From a virus (lineage: Duplodnaviria; Caudoviricetes): DNA of 64,000 nucleotides. Positions 30,501-40,263 of this stretch are shown here, one piece after another; within the stretch, counting starts at the first letter, position 1; the number at the start of each line of letters is the position of its first letter. The notes beneath the pieces were generated by a model. The model worked only from the letters and a program-made list of their open reading frames with translations. It did not search any database and had not been told where the DNA came from. Location: positions 1-64,000 of IMG/VR virus record IMGVR_UViG_3300042541_001363; one strand, given 5' to 3'. The translations under genes were made by a program, and so were the position numbers.

Positions 30501-31826
30501 GGTGGTTATTTAATTTCGGATATTGATAATCTAAATAGTGCTTTAGCTGACAACACTATTGGTGTTAACGGACACGTTGAGGGTTTTGAATCTAAAGCTT
30601 TAGGTGAAAATAGTCCACACGCTGAAGGTATTGGAACAATTGCGAGTGGTAATTATTCGTCTCACGCTGAAGGCGGTTATACATTGGCTAGTGGTAATTA
30701 TTCACATGCTGAAGGTTATGGGACAATAGCTAGTGGTGACCAAGCACACGCTGAAGGTCAAGGTAATATAGCTAGTGGTGTATATTCACATGCTGAGGGT
30801 AATAATACTAAGTCAATAGGTGATGGTTCACACGCTGAAGGTCAATATACAACAGCTATTGGTGATTATTCACATGCTGAGGGTAATAATACAATAGCTA
30901 TTGGTTGGTATTCACACGCTGGTGGTGGTGACTCAATTGCTAGTGGTGATACTTCTTTTATTCATTCAAAAAATTCATTAGTAACTGGTAATCGTTCAGC
31001 GGTATTGGGTGGTATAGGTATCACTGGAACAACTGATGATACAGTATACGTACCTTATTTAAATGTACAATCAGCAACAACTAATAATACATTAGCACAA
31101 GTATTGGTTATTGATACTAATGGTAATGTTAAAAAACGTGATGTTAGTTCAATTAGTGGTGAATCTTCATTCACTGGTGGTACAGTTACTGGTGCTACTT
31201 CATTCACTAATAATTTAACAGTTAGTGGTGGTACTTCAATATTTAGTGGTAATTCATCATCTGACCTAGTTAGAATAACACAAGACGGTTCTGGAAACGC
31301 ATTGGTTGTTGAGGATGTTAATAATCCAGATGGTACTCCATTTGTAATTGATGCAAATGGTAATGTTGGTATGGGTACTCTTACACCTCAAAATGTACTA
31401 CACGTTAAAGCTAATCCGACTAGTACTGGAACTGCTACTATAAGAGTAGAATCAGATGCTTCAACGTCAAATTCATCAATTTCTTATTATTCTGGAGGAG
31501 TTCATAGATGGGAAGTTGGTACTGGTATTTCTTTAGGGGCTCCATATGAAATATATGATAGAGTAGGAGGACAAACGAGATTCTCCATAACTACAAGTGG
31601 TGCGGCAGTATTTCCAAATGATAATGTTGGTATTGGTACAATAACACCATCAGAAAAATTAGATATTAGTGGGGCTATTAAAATACAATCTGGTGGTTAT
31701 ACTAGTTTAACAAATGGGGCGACAACACCAGTACCAACTGGTGGTGCTGGTACTATGGTATTTGATACAGTTAACTCACATTTCTTTGGGTGGAATGGTA
31801 CTTCATGGAGACAATTAGATAATTAA
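27513..31826 (+). CDS. Large tail fibre / adhesin with YadA-head-like 14-aa SHAEG repeats
   Basis: Dozens of SHAEG..T.A.G repeats, four GW(K/R)GF.(V/I)DS inserts, and a C-terminal VGIGTITPSEKLDISG. Confidence 0.85.
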   Translation: MIGNLTLRTIISPYADDVTRNSVMSFSDVDNNFLFLKGNIIYTADTNGNMVTLKRLNGEEISFLTNGEAAVTGGTYNPSSGTATFTNSTGGTFNVTGFNIGGSGGDTYWTSGSTGNYSIKTINNSGLDATGNYAVSEGYDTLASGQASHAEGHNTTASGNNSHTEGTDTTAGWKGFSVDSIVDGVITLQASYGDVTSEFVGMFIISNFGKRYAYNTVTFSSTTHTEILLDDTSVNSGGGTIIVDLDNLNSPYADYNMGDYSHAEGYYSRSLGYGSHAEGGFRIGNYIKIGGLAIGQGSHAEGAATTAIGEASHAEGGDSKAIGDYSHAEGIGSYSYGDASHAEGRLTTTYGNYSHSEGFYTTAIGNQSHAGGQNAIASGDTSFIHSKNSIVLGNRSVVLGGQNITGSINDTVYVPYLNVQSASTDNAITEILVIDTNGDVKKRDVNTIGGGSGDSYWTSGSTGNYSVKTINDSTTNATGNYAVAEGYNTTASGNYSTASGYESIAGWKGFTIDSVVDGLITLNTSYGDVTGEFTGNKVILDTKIYVYNTVTFSSTTNTQILLDDTTAIGYNYVADINNLNSQYADNYIGISAHAEGYYTIAGGNYGSHAEGYGTIASGNYSHAEGRQTIASGLESHAEGEQTKAIGDASHAEGASTIASGNQAHAEGEQTIASGDRSHAEGYYSLASGYGSHAEGGWNDNGEILSGGTALGKASHAEGQETIAGWKGFSVDSTVSGVITLNSSYGDITGEFTGNKVILDTKIYVYNTVTFSSTTNTQILLDDITASGVYVADLDNLNSQYADTLDVFGRSAHAEGNNTKSLGVDSHAEGWNTIATGAYGSHAEGDFTTASGDRSHAEGERTTASGNRSHAEGELTTASGMRSHAEGYLTVAQGHNSHAEGNNARSLSNASHAEGSNTTAIGENSHAEGQYTISGWRGFTVDSVVNGLVTINLSYGDITSEFTGNKVILDERICIYNTVTFSSTTNTEILLNDLTINGGYLISDIDNLNSALADNTIGVNGHVEGFESKALGENSPHAEGIGTIASGNYSSHAEGGYTLASGNYSHAEGYGTIASGDQAHAEGQGNIASGVYSHAEGNNTKSIGDGSHAEGQYTTAIGDYSHAEGNNTIAIGWYSHAGGGDSIASGDTSFIHSKNSLVTGNRSAVLGGIGITGTTDDTVYVPYLNVQSATTNNTLAQVLVIDTNGNVKKRDVSSISGESSFTGGTVTGATSFTNNLTVSGGTSIFSGNSSSDLVRITQDGSGNALVVEDVNNPDGTPFVIDANGNVGMGTLTPQNVLHVKANPTSTGTATIRVESDASTSNSSISYYSGGVHRWEVGTGISLGAPYEIYDRVGGQTRFSITTSGAAVFPNDNVGIGTITPSEKLDISGAIKIQSGGYTSLTNGATTPVPTGGAGTMVFDTVNSHFFGWNGTSWRQLDN

Positions 31827-31846
31827 TAACTTAAATAAATAATTAA

Positions 31847-32221
31847 ATGGAATTTAATATTAACAAAAAAAGCACACTACCAATCTTAAAAATGGAGCTA
31901 ATTCATGATGGTCGAAATGATTATCAAAAGTTTCATGAGAAGATACAAAACGCTAATATATATTTCACATTGACTGATGTGATAACTGGTGTAAAAAGAA
32001 TTGCAAAGAAATCTGCTGGTATCGAATTGGTTTTACCTCAGAGTGATTGTGTTGGTGAAGAATATTTTATAACTTACCAATTTAGTGTGAAAGAAACATC
32101 AAAAGAAGGTAAGTACGTTGGTCAATTCGAGATTGAATTTTTGGATGGTAGTGGTACTCTTTTAGTACCAATTAGAGAAACACTATATGTAAATATTTTA
32201 GACCAAGGTATTAAAAAATAA
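31847..32221 (+). CDS. BppU-N-like Ig-fold virion/baseplate protein
   Basis: INKKSTLPIL...GKYVGQFEIEFLDG...VP. Confidence 0.55.
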   Translation: MEFNINKKSTLPILKMELIHDGRNDYQKFHEKIQNANIYFTLTDVITGVKRIAKKSAGIELVLPQSDCVGEEYFITYQFSVKETSKEGKYVGQFEIEFLDGSGTLLVPIRETLYVNILDQGIKK

Positions 32222-32230
32222 GGGACCCTA

Positions 32231-32260
32231 TTGTTTATTTGAATTTTTTATGTATATTTG
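32231..32260 (+). promoter_or_regulatory. Bacteroidota-type promoter for polB (TTG-N19-TATATTTG)
   Basis: ttg at 32231-32233, tatatttg at 32253-32260, ATG at 32278. Confidence 0.65.
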
Positions 32261-32277
32261 TAGAAAATTCAAATAAC

Positions 32278-35200
32278 ATGTCAATAAACAAAGCAAAGGT
32301 AAGTAACGAAAGGATTGAAGAATTCTTAGAAGGTTCAGACCAAGAACAATATATTGTGGCTATTGAAGCCTCATATGGTGAACCTATTGTTACTCTTGTT
32401 ATTAATGACCCAGAAAGAGGTAAATATACTAGAGAAGTTAAATTTAAACCATTCTTATGGTTTAAAGAAGAAATTGGTTATATGTTATATAATCGAAATA
32501 AAAAACTTCGTCTTCAAATGTGTACCAAATATGGTGTTTCAATTAAACGTTTAAGAACCAAAAATGATGATGGATTTTCACCAAAACGTTTGGAGAATGG
32601 TTATAAGTACATGGCTATATGTACCAAATCACAAAATGATTTGATAAGATTCTTTAAAGATGGTGGTTTTGATGTGTTCGATAAAGATACAAGAGAAAAC
32701 TTTGTTATGTTTAGCCCAGTTGAACAATTTATGATTCAAACTGGAAAACGTTTATTTAAAGGTATTGAAGATTATGATGGTTTACATAGATTTCAATTTG
32801 ACTTAGAAACTGAAGGATTATTTGCAGCTAAGAATGCAATCTTTCAAATTGGTGTTAGAGATAATAGAGACTTAGATACTCTTTTAGAAACTGAAGGTGA
32901 AACTTATCAACAAAAAAGAGATTCAGAGCGAGAAATGATTGGTGAGTTTTTTAGAATCATCAATGAAGTTAAACCAGATATCATAGCTGGATATAACTCT
33001 GAGAACTTTGACTGGCCTTATTTATTTGAACGTGCTGAACGTTTAAGTATATCAATAGGTACATTGGCTAAAACATTACATAGAGCTCATACAATCAAGC
33101 GAAAACAATCAACAGTTAAGTTTGGTGGTGAAACTGAACATTACATGCAAACAAGTATGTTTGGTTATAACGTAATAGATGTATCACATGCTGTACGTAG
33201 AGCAATGGCAATTAACTCTGAAATTAAAGCTTGGGGGTTGAAATACATTACACAATACTCTGAGATTGCAAAACCTAATCGTGTATATGTTGCTGGAGAT
33301 AAGATTAATTCAACATGGGCCGATAAAGAAAACAAATACGCATTCAACGATGAAGATGGTGATTGGTATATGATTACCGATAAGAAACCAATGAAAGAAG
33401 GTTATGAAGTAAAAACTGGTGCTTATATCGTTCAGAGATATCTTTCTGATGACTTATGGGAAACAGAACAAATAGATAATATCTTCAATCAAGCTTCATT
33501 TCTTATTGGTAAGATGTTACCAACAACTTACCAACGTTCATCAACAATGGGTACTGCTGGTCAATGGAAACTTATTATGGCTGCATGGTCATATGAAAAT
33601 GGATTAGCAATTCCAGAAACACAAAAGAAACGTGATTTTACTGGTGGTCTATCTCGTTTATTGGAGGTTGGTTATGCTAGAAATGTTGTTAAGTTAGACT
33701 TTGCTGCCTTATACCCTAAAATTCAGTTAACACACCTTATATTCCCAGACTTAGATATTACTGGAATGATGGAAGGTACTCTTACATATGTAGTAGATAC
33801 ACGTGATAAGTATAAGTTCTTAACTGGTGAAGAAAAAGTCATATACAAAGGTTTAGAAAAGAAACTCAAAGCTGAAAAAGCTAATATGACACCAGAAGAT
33901 ATAGCTGAACTAAAGAAACAAATTGATGAAAATAAAGCTTTGGCTAACTTATATGATAAAAAACAATTACCACTTAAGATTCTTGCTAACTCATGGTTTG
34001 GTTCTTATGGTGCACCTTATATATTCAATTGGGGTGATACAGATTCTGCTGAAGAAACAACTTGTCGTGGTCGTCAATATCTACGACTTATGGTTCGTCA
34101 CTTTACAGAAAAACATGGATTTAGAGCGTTAGTTGGAGATTCAGTTACTTACGATACACCAGTTTATATTAGATATTCTGATGGTACTTTAGATATTAAA
34201 CCTATTTGTGATTTATTCAATGAAATAACTATCGATGTTGATGGTCAACAACGTGATTTTTCAATTAAACCGTATGAAATTTTAACTAGAAATGGTTGGA
34301 AAGATATAAAATATGTATATAGACATAAAACAAATAAAAAAATGTTTGATATACGTACAAAAGATAGACATGTTAGGGTAACTGAAGACCATTCTATTTT
34401 TTCTAATGGTGTTAAAGTTTTACCATCTAAACTAAAGGTTGGTGATGTGATTGATGTTTATGAAATACCAGAATTTAATAATAATAATTATGAAATGTCT
34501 ACAGATAAAGCTTGGTTATTAGGCTTTTTTGTTGGTGATGGGTCATCTACTTATTCTAATAGAAAACAGAAATATAAATCACGTAAAACTGGTGAAATTC
34601 ATTATAATAATGGAAAACGTAGTGAGTGGACATTAAATAATTTAAATTTAGAATTATTAAATAAAGCAAAAATAATACTTAAAAATGAGTTTGGTGTAGA
34701 CGCATTAATCAAAGATTATTTAGTATCATCACACACAAATAAACTAAAAACACATAATGCTGAATTAAGCATTTGGTTTTCAAATGAATGTTATACATCA
34801 TATAGACAAAAAAAGGTACCTAGTTGTATTTTAAATAGTACTAATGAAATTAAAAAAGCTTTTTTAGATGGATTTATTTGTGCTGATGGTAATGGTTTTA
34901 ATATAGAGTCATCTAATAATATTTACCAAAAATCATTAGTGTGTATGGGTGGATTGACATATCTACATAAATGTTTAGGTATAGAACATAATATAGGTTT
35001 AAAAAAACAACATTATTATGATAGAAATTTAATGGGTTTAACTATAAACACACCTAAAATAAAAAAACATAAAATATTTAACGAAATATTGTGGAAAGAA
35101 GAGTTTAATAATGGGGATAATTATGTTTACGATATTTCTACTGGTGATGGTAGTTTTATTGCTGGTGTTAATGGTGTGTCTTGTTCAAATACGGATGGTT

Positions 35201-37101
35201 TTAACTTCGCATCCCCAGATAATATAGATGAAATAAAATATATTGCCAAAGGTTCACATTGGAAAACAGATAAGAATGCTGGTGTTGAATTGGTTGGTCT
35301 TGAGGCTGTATTGGCTGAATTCAATGAGAACTATATGGAAGGTCGTATGGGTCTGGATATTGATGATGTTTGTAACTCTACAATCAACTTTGCTCGTAAG
35401 AACTACGCCAACGATATTGGTGGTAAAATCAAATTGGTTGGTAACTCTGTTAAGTCTAAGAAAATGTCAGTATATATTGAAGAATTCTTAGGTAAAAGTA
35501 TTCGTATGTTATTGGATGGTGATGGTCATTCATTCATCAACTTCTATTATGAATATGTTGACAAGATTTATAATTATCAAATTCCCCTTGTTAAGATAGC
35601 TTCAAAAGCTAAAATCAAACATAGTATCGATGACTATAGAAAGAAGTCTAAGAAGTTAAATAAAGCTGGTAATCCGATGCCTAAACAAGCACATATGGAG
35701 TTGGCGATTAGAGATAATTTAAGTATTACATTAGGTGATACGTTGTTTTATATCAACACTGGTTCCGCTAAGTCACATGGTGATTTAAAAACCGTTGATA
35801 AAAATAAGATGACCAAGAAGGAACGTGATGCTTATTTTGTTGACCATGGTGAATATCCAAAATCTAACAAGGTTGTTGAGTTAAATTGTAAGTTGATTGA
35901 CCCAGAGACTGTTGAACGTGATTTTGAGTTGTTAAAAGAATTAAATATGTTGAAAGCTAGTCTTCAAAAAATCGATGAAGATGGTGAAGGTGAGTTAGGT
36001 CGTGATGAAATTGAACAAAGAATTGAATTCATAGACAATGAACTATATACTGATGAATATAATGTTTCTCGTTATTTAGATGCATTTAATAAAAAGGTTA
36101 GACCACTTCTTGTGTGTTTTCACCCAGATATCCGTAGTCAAATATTATTAGATATCGTTAAGGTTAAAGATAAGGTTACTAAGAAAGTAACTGAAAGTCT
36201 TAAAGATAGAGCAATCTTTACACATGCACAATGTTCGTTAGTTTGTGGAATGGCAAATAAACCAACAGACCAAGATTCTTATGAAGACCTTATGAGAATG
36301 GAAGATAAAGAAATAAGATTCTGGGATAGTGTTGATATGATACCTAATAATATGGAAGATTATGAATGGGAAGAAATCAGAGCTGATTGGAAAGAACGTA
36401 TGCGTTTAGCTAAGATTGAAGGTGTACAACATGAGAAAGAATTAATCGATACAATATTCAAAGAATTAGAAGTTTCTGATTACAACAGTATTGTAGCATC
36501 TGGTGAATTACCTAAAAATGCTTTTGCTATTGTTGATGTATCCGAAGATTATGCTAGTTTGACTTCTAGAAAATGGGATGAAGTAATTTGTCCAATAACT
36601 GACATTTTTAAATATGAATCAATAGCCATAGAACGAGATGCTTTCTATAAACAAAATAAATTAGAAAAGAACGATAATCGTTATAATGAGTATTTAGATT
36701 ATTTAACTGAACAAGAAGCATTAAAAGGTAAAACATTGAATTTATTTGATGAACCTAATGATGAATTAGTACCTAGTGATATAACACCTAACGAAATTAA
36801 TACTGAAATTATCGGTACATTGTTAAAAGAAAAAGCTGGTGAAGTAATTCTAACAAAAGAAGAAAAAGAAAAAAAGAAACGTAAATTATCCGAAAGTGAA
36901 GACGAAGATGATTCTGATGTTTCAGAAGAAGAAGATGACAACGGTGATGTAGTAAGAACTGATGATGTTATACAGCGAGATGATGATTTTGATGATACAT
37001 ATGCTGAACTACCAGAAGACTACGAAGAAACTGATGAATTGTCAATACTTGAGGTAGAAGAGGAAGTGTTAGAAAAGAAAGAAGATGAATGGGGTTTTTA
37101 A
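32278..37101 (+). CDS. polB: Family B DNA polymerase with intein and a long acidic C-terminal extension; probable start MSINK at 32278
   Basis: Exo motifs FDLETE, GYNSENFD.PYL; polymerase motifs DFAALYP, KILANSWFG and spliced GD|TDG. Confidence 0.95.
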   Translation: MSINKAKVSNERIEEFLEGSDQEQYIVAIEASYGEPIVTLVINDPERGKYTREVKFKPFLWFKEEIGYMLYNRNKKLRLQMCTKYGVSIKRLRTKNDDGFSPKRLENGYKYMAICTKSQNDLIRFFKDGGFDVFDKDTRENFVMFSPVEQFMIQTGKRLFKGIEDYDGLHRFQFDLETEGLFAAKNAIFQIGVRDNRDLDTLLETEGETYQQKRDSEREMIGEFFRIINEVKPDIIAGYNSENFDWPYLFERAERLSISIGTLAKTLHRAHTIKRKQSTVKFGGETEHYMQTSMFGYNVIDVSHAVRRAMAINSEIKAWGLKYITQYSEIAKPNRVYVAGDKINSTWADKENKYAFNDEDGDWYMITDKKPMKEGYEVKTGAYIVQRYLSDDLWETEQIDNIFNQASFLIGKMLPTTYQRSSTMGTAGQWKLIMAAWSYENGLAIPETQKKRDFTGGLSRLLEVGYARNVVKLDFAALYPKIQLTHLIFPDLDITGMMEGTLTYVVDTRDKYKFLTGEEKVIYKGLEKKLKAEKANMTPEDIAELKKQIDENKALANLYDKKQLPLKILANSWFGSYGAPYIFNWGDTDSAEETTCRGRQYLRLMVRHFTEKHGFRALVGDSVTYDTPVYIRYSDGTLDIKPICDLFNEITIDVDGQQRDFSIKPYEILTRNGWKDIKYVYRHKTNKKMFDIRTKDRHVRVTEDHSIFSNGVKVLPSKLKVGDVIDVYEIPEFNNNNYEMSTDKAWLLGFFVGDGSSTYSNRKQKYKSRKTGEIHYNNGKRSEWTLNNLNLELLNKAKIILKNEFGVDALIKDYLVSSHTNKLKTHNAELSIWFSNECYTSYRQKKVPSCILNSTNEIKKAFLDGFICADGNGFNIESSNNIYQKSLVCMGGLTYLHKCLGIEHNIGLKKQHYYDRNLMGLTINTPKIKKHKIFNEILWKEEFNNGDNYVYDISTGDGSFIAGVNGVSCSNTDGFNFASPDNIDEIKYIAKGSHWKTDKNAGVELVGLEAVLAEFNENYMEGRMGLDIDDVCNSTINFARKNYANDIGGKIKLVGNSVKSKKMSVYIEEFLGKSIRMLLDGDGHSFINFYYEYVDKIYNYQIPLVKIASKAKIKHSIDDYRKKSKKLNKAGNPMPKQAHMELAIRDNLSITLGDTLFYINTGSAKSHGDLKTVDKNKMTKKERDAYFVDHGEYPKSNKVVELNCKLIDPETVERDFELLKELNMLKASLQKIDEDGEGELGRDEIEQRIEFIDNELYTDEYNVSRYLDAFNKKVRPLLVCFHPDIRSQILLDIVKVKDKVTKKVTESLKDRAIFTHAQCSLVCGMANKPTDQDSYEDLMRMEDKEIRFWDSVDMIPNNMEDYEWEEIRADWKERMRLAKIEGVQHEKELIDTIFKELEVSDYNSIVASGELPKNAFAIVDVSEDYASLTSRKWDEVICPITDIFKYESIAIERDAFYKQNKLEKNDNRYNEYLDYLTEQEALKGKTLNLFDEPNDELVPSDITPNEINTEIIGTLLKEKAGEVILTKEEKEKKKRKLSESEDEDDSDVSEEEDDNGDVVRTDDVIQRDDDFDDTYAELPEDYEETDELSILEVEEEVLEKKEDEWGF
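34141..35190 (+). mobile_element. PolB intein with LAGLIDADG endonuclease, 350 aa, in motif C
   Basis: GD|SVTYDTPV, VTEDH, WLLGFFVGDG, FLDGFICADG, VYDIST...VSCSN|TDG. Confidence 0.92.
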
Positions 37102-37107
37102 CCAAAT

Positions 37108-37140
37108 AAAAAAAGGAGCTGTAATGGCTCCTTCTTTGTT
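37108..37140. terminator. Bidirectional terminator between convergent genes
   Basis: aaaaaaa-ggagct-gtaat-ggctcc-ttctttg. Confidence 0.75.
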
Positions 37141-38283
37141 TTAGTATACCCAGAATCCCATAGGTCGAAAACTAAGACTTTTATTTAAGAATTCAGATTC
37201 ATTTGCACCGCGTTCTAGCTGTTTTGTTGAAGATAACCTATCTAACCTAGCATCTAGTCTTTCCAATGCCGCTTTTTTCTCTTCATTACCTTCAGAAATA
37301 AGGGTTTCGTAATCCATAGTTCTTTCAGCATCTGGCGGACCAACAACACCACCAAACTTACCTCTTGTTCTACCTAGTGTTTTCTTAGCTTCAGCAATGA
37401 ATAATTGACGAATAAGAGTTTTTGTAGGTTCATTGAAATCAGCATAATCTAATTTAGACAAAGGAACTTGATTAGGCATTTTAATAATATCTGGATTATC
37501 AGCTTTACAAGCATCTGCATCACCATGTGTTGTGTCATAATAGAAATACCATACTTGACATCCAGTCATATTGATAGAACTACCGACACCACCCATACCT
37601 TGGCCAAATGATAATTTGGAACCTGGTGTGCTTAATAAATGTAATAATTTTGTTCCGTTAGGTCCAGCAGTTACCTTATAAACCAATTCACTTCTAACAA
37701 TACGATTCTTAAGATTCATATCAGCAGCTGTCAATAAGATATCAAATGCTGGTGCAATATAATACCCAGAGCGACCATTACCAGGTCCACCAGTACCAGT
37801 ACCGCCTCCAGTTTGAGCAAATCCACCACCGAATCCATAATCAATACCACCATAATTAGCCAACAACGCTTGACTAGTAGCTGGAGGTGTTATCCATAAT
37901 ACTTCATTTATCTCACGGCCAGCTGGAATTTGATAAACTTGTCTACCAGCTTCTAACTCTACGTAATCTTTTTTAAGTTCCCATGGACCATTGGTTTGTA
38001 AACCAACTTGTTTTGAATATGCATAGGTATATTGAGTCATAAAGTCAAAACTTCTTACACTCAAAGCAAATGCCATATCTAATGTATCGATACTTTGTCC
38101 TAACAAAGATTGCCACTGATGCTCGATTAAAAACTCCTGAACATGCATGGCATAATCCTCGATACATATCTCTAACAGAGTACATAACATTTCGTCCAAC
38201 ACTTCAATTTGTCTTATTGGTGCCCCAACAGAATGTCTAAATTGCTTAAACAACTTTTCCTTTTCTTGATTACTAACTCCCAT
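37141..38283 (-). CDS. Probable neck / head-completion protein (T4 gp13-like); probable start MGVSNQ at 38283
   Basis: AEAKKTLGRTRGKFGG...DYETLISEGNEEK; sense TATTTATA at 38304-38297. Confidence 0.6.
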   Translation of the reverse strand: MGVSNQEKEKLFKQFRHSVGAPIRQIEVLDEMLCTLLEICIEDYAMHVQEFLIEHQWQSLLGQSIDTLDMAFALSVRSFDFMTQYTYAYSKQVGLQTNGPWELKKDYVELEAGRQVYQIPAGREINEVLWITPPATSQALLANYGGIDYGFGGGFAQTGGGTGTGGPGNGRSGYYIAPAFDILLTAADMNLKNRIVRSELVYKVTAGPNGTKLLHLLSTPGSKLSFGQGMGGVGSSINMTGCQVWYFYYDTTHGDADACKADNPDIIKMPNQVPLSKLDYADFNEPTKTLIRQLFIAEAKKTLGRTRGKFGGVVGPPDAERTMDYETLISEGNEEKKAALERLDARLDRLSSTKQLERGANESEFLNKSLSFRPMGFWVY

Positions 38284-38304
38284 AATTAATTTTATATATA
38301 AATA

Positions 38305-38336
38305 TTTGGAAATGTTGATTAATAGTAGTATATTTG
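38305..38336 (+). promoter_or_regulatory. Bacteroidota-type promoter (TTTG-N20-TATATTTG) for the endonuclease gene
   Basis: tttg 38305-38308, tatatttg 38329-38336. Confidence 0.7.
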
Positions 38337-38359
38337 ATAAATTATAATAAAATTTTAAA

Positions 38360-40012
38360 ATGGCAAAAAAAACAACAGCAGAATTCATAACTCAATGTTC
38401 ATTGAAACATGATAACAAATATGATTATTCATTGGTTGAATATGATGGTGTTGGTAATAAAGTTAAGATTATATGTCCAGAACATGGTGTTTTTGAAAAG
38501 ATAGCTAGAGACCATAGCAATGGTCAAGGTTGTCCTTCATGTTCTAAGATAGAAAAATATTCATCATATAAATTACCTAAAGAAGATGTGATTAATTCGT
38601 TTATAGCTAAGCATGGTAATAAGTACGATTATTCGTTGGTTGAGTATGTTAATTTACAAACCAATATTAAAATAATATGTCCAATTCATGGTGAGTTTGA
38701 ACAAAGACCATGTGTTCATTTAAGGGGTGAAGGTTGTAAAAAATGTTATTTTAAATATAAAGTAGATAATTTAAATTTGGGTGATGTATTCATTTCTAAC
38801 GCAAATATTAAATTTGACGATTATTATGATTATTCACTAGTTAACTACCAAAAACATAATATTGTTGTTGATATTATTTGTCCTAAACATGGTGTTTTTA
38901 GTCAAAGACCAGATGTTCACCTAAGAGGTGTTGGTTGTATTAAATGTTATAAAGAAAATAAATTAATTAATGATAAATTAAAATTTATTAAAGACTCAAA
39001 AAAAACACATAAAGATAATTATGATTATTCGCTAGTTGATTATGTTTCTGCAACAGAAAAAGTTAAAATTATTTGTACAGAACATGGCGAATTTGAACAG
39101 ACACCCAATAATCATTTAAGTAAAAAAAATAAATGCCCTAAATGTGCTTTAAAATATAATTTAAGTCAAGATTCTGTTAATAATTATTTAAAATCATTAA
39201 ATATAGATACAGAATTAAATAATAGATTAATATTAAATGGTAAAGAATTAGATATATACATACCCTCACGTAACCTAGCAATAGAATATAATGGTTTATA
39301 TTGGCATTCTGAAGAATATATATCTTCAAACTATCATCTAAATAAAACAATTGAATGTGAAAAACAAGGTATTCAATTAATTCATGTATTTGAAGATGAA
39401 TGGTTGTATAAACAAGATATAGTTAAGTCTAGACTATCAAATATACTAGGATTGACACCCAGCAAGATATATGCTAGAAAAACTACAATAAGAGAAGTAT
39501 CCCCTAAAGACTCTAAACTATTTTTAGATACCAATCATATACAAGGCAATGTTAATTCAAGTATTAAACTAGGGTTATATTATAATGATGAGCTAGTGTC
39601 ATTGATGACGTTTGGAACACTTAGAAAATCAATGGGTGGGATTTCTAAAGAAGGTTCATATGAGTTATTTAGATTCTGTAATAAGTTAAATACAACAATT
39701 ATTGGAGGTGCTGATAAGTTACTTAAGCATTTTATAAAGACATGTAAACCCATAGAAATCATTAGCTATGCTGACCGAAGATGGAGTCAAGGTGGGTTGT
39801 ATGAGAAATTAGGGTTTACACATATACATGATTCTAAACCAAACTATTGGTATATAATAGGTACCAACAGAGAGTATAGGTTTAAATATAGAAAAGATGT
39901 TCTAGTTAAAGAAGGATTTGACCCATCTAAAACAGAACATCAGATTATGTTATACAGAGGTTTATATAGAATATACGACTGTGGTAATAAGAAATATGTA
40001 TTAAGTATTTAA
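38360..40012 (+). mobile_element. Hef-like homing endonuclease 1: DUF723-type Zn repeats + Vsr/DUF559-like nuclease + GNAT-like C-domain
   Basis: KYDYSLVEY...ICPEHG.F...GCP repeats; ELDIYIPSRNLAIEYNGLYWHS; ISYADRRWSQG. Confidence 0.8.
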
Positions 40013-40263
40013 CCTAAAAATTGTTTGGTTAAATCTGCCGCCTCACGAATTGTTGCAAAAGAAACATTTGGTATAAGTAATTGTTTACCAACTTTAACAA
40101 TTGGAACTTGGTCGGATTTTGTTATTTCATGTATTTGATTATACTCAGCTTCATTTTCTTCTAAGTTAACATCAACATCAATAAATTCTATACCTTCTTC
40201 AGTAAGGATATTTTTTAATTCCGTACAGTACGGACAATCTTCTATGGAGTAAATTTTAATCAT
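40009..40263 (-). CDS. Glutaredoxin
   Basis: CPYC active site, cis-Pro VP motif, 84 aa. Confidence 0.9.
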   Translation of the reverse strand: MIKIYSIEDCPYCTELKNILTEEGIEFIDVDVNLEENEAEYNQIHEITKSDQVPIVKVGKQLLIPNVSFATIREAADLTKQFLG

